Source: an uncultured Chitinophagaceae bacterium
GTDB taxonomy: Bacteria; Bacteroidota; Bacteroidia; Chitinophagales; Chitinophagaceae
DNA: 64,000 nt
Reading direction: 5' to 3'
Assembly (NCBI GenBank): GCA_964638565.1
Contig: CAZXBE010000001.1
Coordinates: 388 to 64,387, forward strand
Part shown: positions 49,442-59,859 of the stretch, one piece after another
Layout: every line of letters begins with the position of its first letter
Numbering within the stretch: position 1 is the stretch's first letter
Translations under genes and position numbers: made by a program
Notes under the pieces: generated by a model
What the model was told of the DNA's origin: nothing
Databases searched by the model: none
The model's input: only the letters and a program-made list of their open reading frames with translations

Positions 49442-49933
49442 TTATTGGTTCAACAATTGTTTTAACGCCATCATCTTCAAAGTCGTTATAGCAGCTTCTT
49501 CACCTTTATGGCCATGTTTGCCACCGATACGATTTAAGGCTTGCTGTTCATTGTTTACCGTCAATACACCAAAAATAGTAGGTATAGGTAATGCTAAATT
49601 TAATTGCACAATACCATCTGTTACTGCTTTACATACATAATCGAAGTGAGGGGTATCTCCTTTTATAACGGCACCTAATGCTATAAATGCATGAGGTGTG
49701 TTTTGTTGTTGATGCATTTCCCAATAACAACGTATGCCAAAAGCTATTTCAAATGCACCAGGAACAGTTATTGTTTTTATACTTCCTATCTTATGTTGTT
49801 GTAAAATAGTTTTTGCTCCTTCTTCTAATTGATTTACTATATTGGCATTCCATTCTGTTTTTACTATAACAACACAGGCATCCTGTGGTTGTAAGATGCC
49901 TGTAGTGTTGTTGGATATTTTGTTTTCACTCAT
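49442..49933 (-). CDS. ribH: 6,7-dimethyl-8-ribityllumazine synthase
   Basis: VVIVKTEWNANIV, VPGAFEI and GAVIKGDTPHFDYV motifs. Confidence 0.9.
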   Translation of the reverse strand: MSENKISNNTTGILQPQDACVVIVKTEWNANIVNQLEEGAKTILQQHKIGSIKTITVPGAFEIAFGIRCYWEMHQQQNTPHAFIALGAVIKGDTPHFDYVCKAVTDGIVQLNLALPIPTIFGVLTVNNEQQALNRIGGKHGHKGEEAAITTLKMMALKQLLNQ

Positions 49934-49945
49934 GTTAATTAATGG

Positions 49946-50014
49946 ATAATGAATGGTTGATAATGGATAAAAGAAATAAAAAATATTAATTGTTCATTAT
50001 CAATTATTCATTAT
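49946..50014. repeat. AT-rich imperfect palindrome between the TPR gene and ribH
   Basis: Left arm 49946-49967 ataatgaatggttgataatgga versus right arm 49993-50014 ttcattatcaattattcattat: 19/22 complementary; the three mismatches are G opposite T. Confidence 0.5.
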
Positions 50015-50685
50015 AAGACTCCCAATCGCGCTAAATATTTATCTACTTGAAATCCTTTTTCTGATTTAGGATATTTTGTTTTCACTTCTTGATACAACTC
50101 AACAGCTTCTTTATTCTTGTTCATTGTTTCTAATAATTGAGCAGCTCTAAATAAATATTCGGAAGCATTGTATTCATCTTTTTCAAAATGATGGGCTGCT
50201 TTTTTATAATAGTCTACTGCTTTATCTTTTTTATTTAATTCTGAATAGGCATCTGCTAATCTAGCGTAGGCCAAAGCTTGTACTTGTTGGGCATCTGTAT
50301 CAAAATCTTCTAATTGTTTAACAGCATTATTAAAATCGCCTAATTGTAAATAGCAAATGCCTGCATATAGTTTAGCATTGTTTGCTGCATTGGTTCCGCT
50401 ATATTTTTTAATAATATCTTTAAATCCAGGTTCTCCAGATCGACCGTCTAAAGCCAGTTTAAAAGAATCTTTTCTAAAATAATTTTCAGCCTTAAATATA
50501 GCTTCAGCAGCCTTTGTTTCTTTAGGTTCTACTACCCATTTTTTATATAGCAAAAACCCTCCAAATACTACTATAATAGCTGTACTCACATATATAATAG
50601 GTTTGCTATACCGTGTTAAAAAAGGAATAGAAGTTGTTGAAGTAGGCGTACTTATTGTATTTTGTGTTTGCGTATCGGAGGACAT
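50011..50685 (-). CDS. membrane-anchored tetratricopeptide repeat protein
   Basis: One TM helix followed by TPR-like repeats (LYAGICYLQLGDFNNAVKQL, AYARLADAYSELNKKDKAVDYYKKA). Confidence 0.65.
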   Translation of the reverse strand: MSSDTQTQNTISTPTSTTSIPFLTRYSKPIIYVSTAIIVVFGGFLLYKKWVVEPKETKAAEAIFKAENYFRKDSFKLALDGRSGEPGFKDIIKKYSGTNAANNAKLYAGICYLQLGDFNNAVKQLEDFDTDAQQVQALAYARLADAYSELNKKDKAVDYYKKAAHHFEKDEYNASEYLFRAAQLLETMNKNKEAVELYQEVKTKYPKSEKGFQVDKYLARLGVL

Positions 50686-50716
50686 ATTATGGTGATTATT
50701 GTAATGTAGTATAAAT

Positions 50717-51736
50717 TTAATCGGTTATAAACGGATATCCCTCTTCTGCATACACATCTTTCAGTAATTCACTTTCATCAGGGAAAGAAGAGGTTTCTGC
50801 AAATTGTACAGCAGCTTCTATAGTTGTGCTTACCCTTTTTTTAATGACTTGTATATCTGCCTCTGTTGCATAATTATTTTGCTGTATGGTATGCAATACC
50901 GTTTCTATAGGATCTTTTTCTTTGTATTCTTCTAATTCTTCTTTGGTTCTATACTTTTGCGGATCGGATACGGAATGTCCTTTGTACCGATACGTTTTTA
51001 TTTCTAATAAAGTAGGGCCATCTCCCTCTCTAGCCCGTTTTACTGAACGGGCAATGGCTTCATGAACTGCTTCAGGACTCATACCATCTACACTATCAGC
51101 AGGCATTTCATAAGCATCAGCCAATTTATAAATGTCTACTACATTAGAACTACGAGCCACTGATGTACCCATAGCATAATAATTATTTTCACAAATAAAT
51201 ATTACTGGTAATTTCCAAAGCATAGCTAGGTTGAAAACCTCATGTAGTATACCTTGGCGAGCAGCACCATCACCAAAAAAGGTAAGCGTTACATGGTCTG
51301 TTCCTTTATATTTTTCTGCAAAGGCCAAACCAGCTCCTGTTCCTATTTGTGCACCCACTATACCATGTCCACCGTAAAAATTCACCTCTTTACCAAAAAA
51401 ATGCATACTCCCTCCTTTGCCTTTAGCACAGCCAGTTGCCTTTCCATATAACTCTGCCATACAAGCATTGGCGGAAATACCTTTAGCCAATGCTAGCCCA
51501 TGATCTCTATAACCGGTTATAAAAATATCTTCTGGTTTAGTAGCCGTCATACAGCCTGCAGCAATGGCTTCTTGGCCAATATATGCATGAAAAAAGCCTC
51601 GAATTTTTCCAGCCATTTTATACATTTCTTCGGCTTTTAGTTCGAAACTGCGTATGAGAAGCATTAATTCATACCAGTATAAGTAAGTCTCTTTTGAAAA
51701 TTTAGATGCCACGTAAAAAATACTTTTGATCGGCAA
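50717..51736 (-). CDS. pdhA: pyruvate dehydrogenase E1 component, alpha subunit
   Basis: ThDP-binding region GDGAARQG...NNYYAMGT. Start uncertain (TTG 51736 or GTG 51712). Confidence 0.85.
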   Translation of the reverse strand: MPIKSIFYVASKFSKETYLYWYELMLLIRSFELKAEEMYKMAGKIRGFFHAYIGQEAIAAGCMTATKPEDIFITGYRDHGLALAKGISANACMAELYGKATGCAKGKGGSMHFFGKEVNFYGGHGIVGAQIGTGAGLAFAEKYKGTDHVTLTFFGDGAARQGILHEVFNLAMLWKLPVIFICENNYYAMGTSVARSSNVVDIYKLADAYEMPADSVDGMSPEAVHEAIARSVKRAREGDGPTLLEIKTYRYKGHSVSDPQKYRTKEELEEYKEKDPIETVLHTIQQNNYATEADIQVIKKRVSTTIEAAVQFAETSSFPDESELLKDVYAEEGYPFITD

Positions 51737-51805
51737 AGATAATAGTAATTTTGAATGTGGATGTTTCCTAAAAAAATACGTTTATTTCTGTTCTAACTAA
51801 TTACA

Positions 51806-52894
51806 TTGTTACATCTTAGCCATATATCACTTACAAATTTTAAAAATTATACAAACTATACCTTAAACTTCAACGCAAGTATAATGGGTATTTGCGGGCC
51901 AAATGGTATTGGAAAAACGAATTTATTGGATAGTATTTATTACCTATGTTTTGCTAAAAGTTATTTTAGCAATGTAGATACCTGGAATATACAACAAGGC
52001 AAAACAGGATTTAGGATTGATGGGCATTTTAACCAATTAGACGCTACATATCAAGTAAGTTGTGTGTTGCGTGAAAATGGTAAAAAAGAAATAGAAGTAA
52101 ATAATGAGTGTTATGGTAAAATGTCTCAACACCTAGGTCGCTTTCCATGTATTATGATTGTGCCGGATGATATTGCTCTCATCAATGACCACAGTGATAT
52201 ACGAAGAAAGTTTTTAGATAACTTGCTATCACAGTTAGATAATAATTATTTACACCAACTTATTGCCTACAATAAATATTTGCAGCAGCGAAATGGGTTA
52301 CTAAAAAAATCAGGAAATAACGCTCCTGTCAATATAGAACTTTTGACTATTTATAACCATCAATTGGCACATCATGGGCAACCTATTTATGAGAGGAGGA
52401 AGCTTTTTTTAGATCAATTCATACCATTGGTAATAAAAACATATAACGATATAACAGATTTTCGTGAAGAAAAATCGATAGCGTTAACGTATGAAAGCGA
52501 TTTGCACATACATCCCATATTAACATTGCTTGAACAACGCTTCTCTAAAGATTTGCTTTTACAACGTACCACAGTGGGTGTGCATAGAGACGATATATTG
52601 TTATCTTTCAATGACCAACCCTTTAAAACAGTGGCTTCTCAAGGGCAAAAAAAGAGCTTGCTCTTTGCACTAAAGTTAGCCGCTTTTGAAATGTTAAAAA
52701 CAATTAAAGGATTTGCTCCTATATTGTTATTGGATGATGTATTTGAGAAATTAGATGAGCAACGTATACAAAATTTATTACGATGTGTTTTCTTACGTAA
52801 TGCGCAACTTTTTATTACAGATACGCATGTTGAGCGATTACAAAAAATATCAGACACCTTGCAAAAACCTTTACAACTAGTACCATTAGCTTAA
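51806..52894 (+). CDS. recF: DNA replication and repair protein RecF
   Basis: TTG start; Walker A GPNGIGKTNLLD, signature SQGQKKS, Walker B LLLDDV. Confidence 0.9.
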   Translation: MLHLSHISLTNFKNYTNYTLNFNASIMGICGPNGIGKTNLLDSIYYLCFAKSYFSNVDTWNIQQGKTGFRIDGHFNQLDATYQVSCVLRENGKKEIEVNNECYGKMSQHLGRFPCIMIVPDDIALINDHSDIRRKFLDNLLSQLDNNYLHQLIAYNKYLQQRNGLLKKSGNNAPVNIELLTIYNHQLAHHGQPIYERRKLFLDQFIPLVIKTYNDITDFREEKSIALTYESDLHIHPILTLLEQRFSKDLLLQRTTVGVHRDDILLSFNDQPFKTVASQGQKKSLLFALKLAAFEMLKTIKGFAPILLLDDVFEKLDEQRIQNLLRCVFLRNAQLFITDTHVERLQKISDTLQKPLQLVPLA

Positions 52895-52903
52895 AAACCA
52901 CAT

Positions 52904-53185
52904 ATGGCAGAAATATCTCTTGCAGAAGCGCTTAAACAATTTTTAGAACAACGTAAGTTACAAGGTAAAGTATATGCTTTGCAAATTGAAGAAATATGGG
53001 AAACGCTTATGGGTAAAACCATTGCACAATATACCAGCGAGATTAAAATTTTGGGTCATACGTTATTCATTATAACACATATAGCTCCATTGAAACAAGA
53101 ATTACTGTATCAAAAAAACCTTATTATAAAAAGAGTAAATGAGGCTTTGGGGAGAGACGTAATAAAGGATTTGATTATTCAATAA
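52904..53185 (+). CDS. DUF721-domain protein (usual recF neighbour)
   Basis: 93 aa; position directly after recF and the typical W..(i)(v)G..i...t....i..g.L.i pattern. Confidence 0.6.
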   Translation: MAEISLAEALKQFLEQRKLQGKVYALQIEEIWETLMGKTIAQYTSEIKILGHTLFIITHIAPLKQELLYQKNLIIKRVNEALGRDVIKDLIIQ

Positions 53186-53193
53186 AAAAGCAA

Positions 53194-53222
53194 AGGAAGC
53201 CTTAGAAAAGGCCTCCTTTTTC
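53194..53222 (+). terminator. rho-independent terminator after the recF/DUF721 genes
   Basis: ggaagcctt-agaa-aaggcctcc (one mismatch in the stem) followed by ttttt. Confidence 0.6.
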
Positions 53223-53425
53223 AACCCTAAACTCTTAAAAAAAAATTAAATGAGTGCGCAATATTACCACATTTTTTTAAAAAAAATTAATGTTTTGAGA
53301 TTTGATTAAATTATGACGGTTTAATGACAATTTGATCAAATTCAACATAAAGAGTAAAGGGAAGTTTTGCCTATTTTATTTAAGGGACATGCACCAAAAC
53401 GTCTATTTTCTATAATAAACGATTG

Positions 53426-55663
53426 TTATTCAATGTCTTCTGCATCGAATCGATCAATTGAGTGAAGACCATTTAACAACTTTAATCTATTCACAAGTTC
53501 ATCTAATTCATCTTTATCGTGCACAAAAATTTTTATTAATCCTTCGAACAAGCCATCTTTTGATTCAATAGTTAGAGCTGCAATATTTAATCGAAGTTCT
53601 CCGGATATAATATTTGTTATTTTATTTACAATGCCCACATCATCTATGCCAATAATACGTAAGCCCGTTAGAAAAGAAATTTCTTTGTTTTTAGCCCATT
53701 TTGTTTTGACTATTTTATGTTCATAATTTGCTAACAATTGAGTTGCATTAGGGCAGTTTGTTCTATGTATTTTCAATCCATCCGTAGCGGTTATAAAGCC
53801 AAAAACATCATCGCCTGGTATAGGTTTACAGCATTGTGCCAAGGTATACACGATCTTATCACTGCTTTCTCCAAAAATAATGAGCTCTGCATCTTTCCCA
53901 ATTAAAGATTTTTGTTGATCTATTGTTTTTACGTCGGTAACTATTTTTTGAGGCTTGGGGGCATCAATTTTATCTCCAACAACTACAAAAGTTTTTAATT
54001 CTTTCAAATCGATGCGCTTTACCGCAATATTGTACAATAAATCTAATTGAGATGAAACCTTATAAAAGGCGGTAAGCTCATCTATATTATGTTGATTGAG
54101 TTTGGCATTAATTGCTTCTAATTTTCTTTGTAATATATATTTCCCTTCTTCCGCTACTAAACGTTTTTGTTCTTTAAGCGCATCCTTAATTTTATTTCGT
54201 GCTCTTGCTGTAACTGCAATGCTTAACCAATCTTCTGTTGGCTTCTGTTTATTGGAGGTTATTATTTCTATCTGATCTCCACTATTTAATTTATGATTTA
54301 ATGGAACAAGTTTATGATTCACTTTAGCACCAATACATTTAGCACCAACAGCACTATGAATATAAAAAGCAAAATCAATGGCCGTAGATCCAATGGGTAG
54401 CATTTTTACATCTCCTTTAGGGGTGTATACATAAATTTCTTCAGTTAAAAAATTAGTTTTAAAGTCATGTAAAAAATCGATGGAATCTGTATCCTGATTG
54501 GCCAATATTTCTCGTATTTGATGAAACCATTTATCAAAACGACTTTCATCCTGTGTATCTTCTTTGTATTTCCAATGTGCAGCCAGGCCTTTTTCTGCAA
54601 TCTCATTCATGCGATGTGTTCGAATTTGTACTTCTACCCATTTGCCTTGAGGTCCCATTACAGTAGTATGCAGTGCCTCATAACCATTACTCTTAGGATT
54701 ACTAAGCCAATCTCTTAATCGTTTAGGAGAGGGGTTATACATATCTGTAATGATAGAATACACTTTCCAACAATCTTCTTTTTCACGTTCAATAGGGGAT
54801 TTTAAAATAATTCGAATAGCAAATAAATCATACACTTCTTCAAAACTCACTCCTTTTTTTCTCATCTTATTCCAAATGGAATGTATGGACTTAGGCCTTC
54901 CGTATATGTCAGCTTGAAAATCAGATTTTTCAATCTTCTCCTTAATAGGCCTAATAAATTCGTTGATATATTTATTTCTTTCTCGTTTAGTCTCAGCCAG
55001 TTTTTTAGCTATTTCTTTATATGGATCTGGTTCTAAATATTTCATAGCCAAATCTTCCATCTCTGTTTTTATGGAATATAAGCCCATACGATGAGCTAAA
55101 GGGGCATACACATACACTGTTTCCGAGGCAACCTTAAGTTTTTTATCTGAACGCATGCTGTCTAACGTGCGCATGTTATGCAATCGATCAGCCAATTTAA
55201 TTAATATTACCCGAGGATCATCGGTTAACGTAAGTAACATTTTTTTAAAATTCTCTGCTTGTTGAGACAGATTGGAATCCATTATAGTGGCTATTTTGGT
55301 AAGGCCATCTACAATACGACCTATTTCATTTCCAAACTCTCTTTGAATATCCTCTAGGGTTATCTCCGTATCTTCTACTGTATCATGTAACAAGGCACAA
55401 ATAGTAGAACGTATGCCAAGACCTACTTCTTCTACACAAATACGAGCTACTGCTAATGGGTGTAAAATATAGGGTTCTCCGCTTTTGCGTCGCATTGTTT
55501 TATGCGCATCTGCAGCCATTTCAAATGCGTGACGTATTAGTGCTTTATCTTTCTTATTTAATTTATTTTTTAACGCTCTTAGTAAAGCTCGATATTGACG
55601 AAGAATTTCTTTTTTTTCCTGCTCTTCGCTTGCAGTATACTTGATATTTTCTATGGCATTCAT
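53426..55663 (-). CDS. bifunctional (p)ppGpp synthetase/hydrolase RelA/SpoT homolog
   Basis: HD domain (HPLAVA...ALLHDTVEDT), synthetase motif GRPKSIHSIWNKMRKK, TGS and C-terminal ACT regions. Start set to ATG 55663 because the longer ORF-track version reads through the opposite-strand tRNA. Confidence 0.9.
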   Translation of the reverse strand: MNAIENIKYTASEEQEKKEILRQYRALLRALKNKLNKKDKALIRHAFEMAADAHKTMRRKSGEPYILHPLAVARICVEEVGLGIRSTICALLHDTVEDTEITLEDIQREFGNEIGRIVDGLTKIATIMDSNLSQQAENFKKMLLTLTDDPRVILIKLADRLHNMRTLDSMRSDKKLKVASETVYVYAPLAHRMGLYSIKTEMEDLAMKYLEPDPYKEIAKKLAETKRERNKYINEFIRPIKEKIEKSDFQADIYGRPKSIHSIWNKMRKKGVSFEEVYDLFAIRIILKSPIEREKEDCWKVYSIITDMYNPSPKRLRDWLSNPKSNGYEALHTTVMGPQGKWVEVQIRTHRMNEIAEKGLAAHWKYKEDTQDESRFDKWFHQIREILANQDTDSIDFLHDFKTNFLTEEIYVYTPKGDVKMLPIGSTAIDFAFYIHSAVGAKCIGAKVNHKLVPLNHKLNSGDQIEIITSNKQKPTEDWLSIAVTARARNKIKDALKEQKRLVAEEGKYILQRKLEAINAKLNQHNIDELTAFYKVSSQLDLLYNIAVKRIDLKELKTFVVVGDKIDAPKPQKIVTDVKTIDQQKSLIGKDAELIIFGESSDKIVYTLAQCCKPIPGDDVFGFITATDGLKIHRTNCPNATQLLANYEHKIVKTKWAKNKEISFLTGLRIIGIDDVGIVNKITNIISGELRLNIAALTIESKDGLFEGLIKIFVHDKDELDELVNRLKLLNGLHSIDRFDAEDIE

Positions 55664-55748
55664 ACTATACGAATGTACAAAAATGTAAAACCATTCCTTT
55701 TTTGCAATAAAAAAATTACTTTTGCGCTTGTCTTTGTAAAATTTAGTT

Positions 55749-55830
55749 GCGGATGTGGCGAAATTGGTAGACGCATTAGACTTAGGATCTAACGCCGCAA
55801 GGCATGGGGGTTCGAGTCCCTCCATCCGCA
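55749..55830 (+). tRNA. tRNA-Leu, anticodon UAG
   Basis: Manual cloverleaf: acceptor GCGGATG/CATCCGC, D-arm GCG..AATTGGTAGA..CGC, anticodon stem TTAGA/TCTAA with loop CTTAGGA, long variable arm CGCCGCAAGGCATG, T-arm GGGGG-TTCGAGT-CCCTC, discriminator A. CCA is not encoded. Confidence 0.9.
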
Positions 55831-55920
55831 CAAAAGCTGGTTCGTAGTAGTGTATGCACTAGATGTATCATAGAAAAATAGAAATGCTCTGTTAGCAGCT
55901 ATTGGATTACAATTTTTTAT

Positions 55921-56793
55921 ATGACTCTATTAAGAAGAACATCCATGGGAAAATCAAAGCCATCCTATTTTATGGCCATTTTAGGAGTCACCCTTGTGCT
56001 TGTGATTGTTGGTGTGTTAGGTTGGTTGGTAATGAATGCGCAAAAGTTAGGGCAATACTTCAAAGAAAATATTGAGGTACGTGTATATCTACGAGAAAAT
56101 ATACCTAGTAAAGATAGTGCTACGTTGTTAAGTTATATAAAAACTAGACCTTATGTAAAAGAGTATCAATATGTAACAAAGGAATTGGCTAAAAAGAAAT
56201 TCTTGTCTGACGGGAACGGCGATTGGAACAATGTTTTGGAAGCCAACCCACTACCTGCAAGTATAGATTTTAAATTGAAAAATCAATATGTAACCGATGA
56301 GTTTTTATCTGAGATCAAAAAAAATTTGGAAAAAAATACTGCCGTAAATGATGTGCAATATCCACAATCGTTGGTAACCCAAGTGAACAATAATGTAAAC
56401 AAAATAGGATTGATATTATTAGGTATAGCTATTATATTGTGTATTTTGGTAATATTTTTAATTGATAATACCATTCGCTTAGCAATGTTTAGTAATCGTT
56501 TTTTAATTAAGACCATGCAAATGGTAGGCGCTACTCGATGGTTTATTGCAAAACCAATGGATGTTAGAGCCATTATAAATGGAGCCATATCTGCTGTTAT
56601 TGCTATTGCATGTATATTGGGGTTAATGATGGTGGCAGAAAATCAGTTACCTGAATTGAAAGCTTTACATGATATGACTATGTTCATCTTATTATGTATA
56701 GGATTATTGTTATTTGGAATTTTTATTTCCCTATTTAGTACTCATCGAAGCATTATGAAATATTTGAAAATGAAATTGGATGATTTATATTAA
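55921..56793 (+). CDS. ftsX: cell division ABC-transporter-like permease FtsX
   Basis: Four TM helices with a large first periplasmic loop; KSKPSYFMAILGVTLVL N-terminus. An alternative ATG lies at 55945. Confidence 0.8.
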   Translation: MTLLRRTSMGKSKPSYFMAILGVTLVLVIVGVLGWLVMNAQKLGQYFKENIEVRVYLRENIPSKDSATLLSYIKTRPYVKEYQYVTKELAKKKFLSDGNGDWNNVLEANPLPASIDFKLKNQYVTDEFLSEIKKNLEKNTAVNDVQYPQSLVTQVNNNVNKIGLILLGIAIILCILVIFLIDNTIRLAMFSNRFLIKTMQMVGATRWFIAKPMDVRAIINGAISAVIAIACILGLMMVAENQLPELKALHDMTMFILLCIGLLLFGIFISLFSTHRSIMKYLKMKLDDLY

Positions 56794-56807
56794 AATATAA
56801 AAATAAC

Positions 56808-57071
56808 ATGGATACAAACTCTTCTTCATCATTATTTGCAAAACGAAATTATATTTGGATGTTGATAGGCTTCATCACCATAGCGATAGGAATGCTGTTA
56901 ATGGCAGGAGGTAAAAGCAATGATCCGAATATATTTGACGCCAATAAAATATACAGTACTACTCGTATAACCATTGCACCTATTGTTATTTTAATTGGAT
57001 TATGTATCGAAGTATATGCTATTTTTACAAGACCAAAAAGTATAACTCAGCAAATCCTTATAAAAAAGTAG
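56808..57071 (+). CDS. DUF3098-like small membrane protein (usual ftsX neighbour in Bacteroidota)
   Basis: 87 aa, two TM helices, FAKRNYIWMLIGFITIAIGMLLMAGG motif. Confidence 0.6.
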   Translation: MDTNSSSSLFAKRNYIWMLIGFITIAIGMLLMAGGKSNDPNIFDANKIYSTTRITIAPIVILIGLCIEVYAIFTRPKSITQQILIKK

Positions 57072-57101
57072 TATCTATCTTTTAACTAAAACCACACTTA
57101 T

Positions 57102-57497
57102 ATGAACATTCAAAAAGCATTAAAAAAATCACTGCTTCTAACTGCTACCATTACTTTTTTTGTAGCATGTACGAATCCAGGAAAAGAAATAAAGATTAAT
57201 GGAAATAATAAAGTGTACATAAAAGAAGGCGCTACGGATGAAAATGCAAAACAACTGGGCGATTATTTAATGAAAGTAAATTATTTCCCAAATGATGGTA
57301 AAGAACGTGCAGTACAAATACGAAAGGAGAGTAATAAATATATAGTTAGTTTTGTTGTGGATACGGCTTATTATAAACAACATTCTGAAGTGGCAGAAGT
57401 TTTCAAATCTTATGAAGCAGACATTTCTAATGTATTTGGAGGAACCCCAGTTGAAGTAAAAGCTGTTGACCCAGCACTAAAAGAAATTAAACATTAA
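57102..57497 (+). CDS. lipoprotein, unknown function
   Basis: Lipobox ITFFVAC; no recognisable domain. Confidence 0.5.
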   Translation: MNIQKALKKSLLLTATITFFVACTNPGKEIKINGNNKVYIKEGATDENAKQLGDYLMKVNYFPNDGKERAVQIRKESNKYIVSFVVDTAYYKQHSEVAEVFKSYEADISNVFGGTPVEVKAVDPALKEIKH

Positions 57498-57538
57498 TAC
57501 GTAATATTCGTATAATTATTTTCACACTATCGCAAAAA

Positions 57539-57570
57539 GCATTCTCTTTTATTATAGAGAATGCTTTTTT
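57539..57570 (+). terminator. rho-independent terminator
   Basis: gcattctct-tttattat-agagaatgc (perfect 9-bp stem) followed by tttttt. Confidence 0.7.
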
Positions 57571-57588
57571 ATTACTCAAATAATTATT

Positions 57589-58944
57589 ATGCCAGTTACA
57601 CCAAAGCGTGTTGTAAATGCTTGGGCCATGTATGATTGGGCTAATAGTGCTTATAACTTGGTTATTACATCAACCATCTTTCCAATGTATTATGTTGCTA
57701 TTACCACAAAAAAAAATACAGATAGCAATGTATATTTTTTTGGACATCAATTTATAAATACTAGTCTATCTAACTATTGTGTGGCAGCAGCTTATTTAAT
57801 TATTGTTATTCTTTCTCCTATTCTTTCATCAATTGCAGATTATAAGGGAAATAAGAAAGCATTTATGCAATTTTTCTGTTATATAGGAGGCCTCTCTTGC
57901 TGTGGATTATATTTTTTAGCTCCTCAGCTAGGTATATATGGACATTCAAATGGCTTTGATTATGGTGTAATGGAAATGGGTATGATATGTTTTATGCTAG
58001 CTGCCATTGGATATTGTGGAAGTTTAGTATTTTATAATGCCTATTTACCCGAAATTGCCGAAAAAGCTGATCAAGATAAAATAAGTGCAAAAGGATTTGC
58101 TTATGGATATGTTGGTAGTGTTGTTGCTCAATTAATATGTTTGGTAGTAGTACTAAAACCAACTCTATTTGGCATAACAGATCCTTTTTTACCTTCACGC
58201 ATTTCATTTATAATAGTAGGAGTATGGTGGATAGGGTTTGCTCAAATTCCGTTTAAAATATTACCTAAAGGAATACCAGTAAAACAAACGAATCAATATT
58301 CTATTTGGAAAATTGGTTTTGTGAAGCTAAAGCAAGTATGGAAACAAGTTAAACAAATGCCTGTGCTTAAAAGATACTTACGTTCGTTCTTCTTTTATAG
58401 CATGGGCTTACAAACAGTTATGCTTGTAGCCGCTATTTATGGTTCAAAAGAACTAGAATTATCTTCACAAACACTTATCGTTACCATACTTATTATACAA
58501 CTAGTAGCTATACTAGGCTCCTACCTTATGTCTAAACTGTCATCAACGTATGGCAATTTATATGTACTAGCATCATGCATTCTTATTTGGATAATTATTT
58601 GTATTGCTGGATATTTTATTCAAAAAAAATCAGATGTACAGTTTTATATATTAGGGGGAGTAGTCGGTTTGGTAATGGGTGGAATTCAATCATTAAGTAG
58701 ATCTACTTATTCAAAATTAATGCCTGTTACCAAGGATACTGCATCCTTTTTTAGTTATTACGATGTAACAGAAAAATTAGCTATCGTAATAGGTATGTTT
58801 AGTTTTGGATTTATAGAAGAAATAGCTAAAACGATGCGTAATTCCGTATTAATATTAGCAATTTATTTTTTTATCGCTTTTATTTTAATGATACCAACTA
58901 TTGTAAAACATAACAATTACTCTACTGGTAGTGTCCAAAACTAA
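57589..58944 (+). CDS. MFS transporter, UMF1/Atg22-like family
   Basis: About 12 TM helices; N-terminal VVNAWAMYDWANSAYNLVITSTIFPMYY is typical of the UMF1 family. Confidence 0.75.
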   Translation: MPVTPKRVVNAWAMYDWANSAYNLVITSTIFPMYYVAITTKKNTDSNVYFFGHQFINTSLSNYCVAAAYLIIVILSPILSSIADYKGNKKAFMQFFCYIGGLSCCGLYFLAPQLGIYGHSNGFDYGVMEMGMICFMLAAIGYCGSLVFYNAYLPEIAEKADQDKISAKGFAYGYVGSVVAQLICLVVVLKPTLFGITDPFLPSRISFIIVGVWWIGFAQIPFKILPKGIPVKQTNQYSIWKIGFVKLKQVWKQVKQMPVLKRYLRSFFFYSMGLQTVMLVAAIYGSKELELSSQTLIVTILIIQLVAILGSYLMSKLSSTYGNLYVLASCILIWIIICIAGYFIQKKSDVQFYILGGVVGLVMGGIQSLSRSTYSKLMPVTKDTASFFSYYDVTEKLAIVIGMFSFGFIEEIAKTMRNSVLILAIYFFIAFILMIPTIVKHNNYSTGSVQN

Positions 58945-59004
58945 TTTTTAAATTCTTCGTTTTTTAACCAATTCATTAACACTATTGTTTATTTTTAACG
59001 CAAC

Positions 59005-59859
59005 ATGAAACTCTATACAATCAATACTGGCTACTTTAAACTTGATGGTGGCGCTATGTTTGGCGTAGTTCCAAAAACGATGTGGAATAAACTCAATCCA
59101 GCAGATGAACATAATTTGTGTACTTGGGCTATGCGTTGTTTATTAATTGAAGATGGAAATAAATTAATATTGATCGATAACGGCATTGGGGATAAACAAG
59201 ATGAAAAATTTTTTGGTCATTACCATTTACATGGAGAAGATACGCTGGATAAATCTTTAGCAAAACATGGTTTTTCAAAAGCAGATATCACAGATGTATT
59301 TCTCACTCATTTACATTTTGATCATTGTGGTGGAAGTATTATTAGGAAAGAAGATAAATTAATCCCTGCTTTTCCTAATGCTATTTACTGGAGTAATGAA
59401 CAACACTGGAAATGGGCTACTGAACCTAATGATAGAGAGAAAGCCTCTTTTCTAAAAGAAAATATTTTACCTATACAAGAAAGTGGGCAATTAAAATTTA
59501 TTGATATAAAAAAAGAAGCAATCATAAATAACACTTCTATTGTAGATTCGCTAAAAACTAGGTCTGTTTATGGCCATACCGATGCAATGATGCTTCCACA
59601 AATTAACTACAAAGAACACACTATTGTATATATGGCTGACTTACTACCTTCTACAGCTCATATCCCTATACCTTATGTAATGGCCTATGATATGTTTCCA
59701 TTAACCACACTCCACGAAAAAAAATCATTTTTACAAGAGGCGCAACAAAATAATTACGTCTTATTTTTTGAACACGATCCTAAAATAGAATGTTGCACAT
59801 TACAACAAACCGATAAAGGAATACGGGTGAACGACAGTATGAAACTTACGGAAATATAA
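59005..59859 (+). CDS. MBL-fold metallo-hydrolase
   Basis: HxHxDH motif THLHFDHCGG. Confidence 0.8.
   Translation: MKLYTINTGYFKLDGGAMFGVVPKTMWNKLNPADEHNLCTWAMRCLLIEDGNKLILIDNGIGDKQDEKFFGHYHLHGEDTLDKSLAKHGFSKADITDVFLTHLHFDHCGGSIIRKEDKLIPAFPNAIYWSNEQHWKWATEPNDREKASFLKENILPIQESGQLKFIDIKKEAIINNTSIVDSLKTRSVYGHTDAMMLPQINYKEHTIVYMADLLPSTAHIPIPYVMAYDMFPLTTLHEKKSFLQEAQQNNYVLFFEHDPKIECCTLQQTDKGIRVNDSMKLTEI

Noticed and set aside
53329-53342. Perfect 14-nt palindrome aatttgatcaaatt in the DUF721-relA convergent spacer
   Set aside because: AT-only short palindromes of this length are expected several times by chance in 64 kb of AT-rich DNA, and there is no supporting context.
53426-55831. ORF-track version of the RelA/SpoT gene is 801 aa, starting MRMEGLEPPCLAALDPKSNAS...
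   Set aside because: The first 56 codons are the antisense reading of the tRNA-Leu gene (55749-55830) and its flank. MEGLEP-type peptides are a classic tRNA shadow. The conserved protein starts at ATG 55663.
55836-55846. ctggttcgt after the tRNA-Leu, identical to the left arm of the RAYT-flanking hairpin
   Set aside because: No complementary cacgaacc arm follows, and a 9-nt match is within chance expectation for a window of this size.
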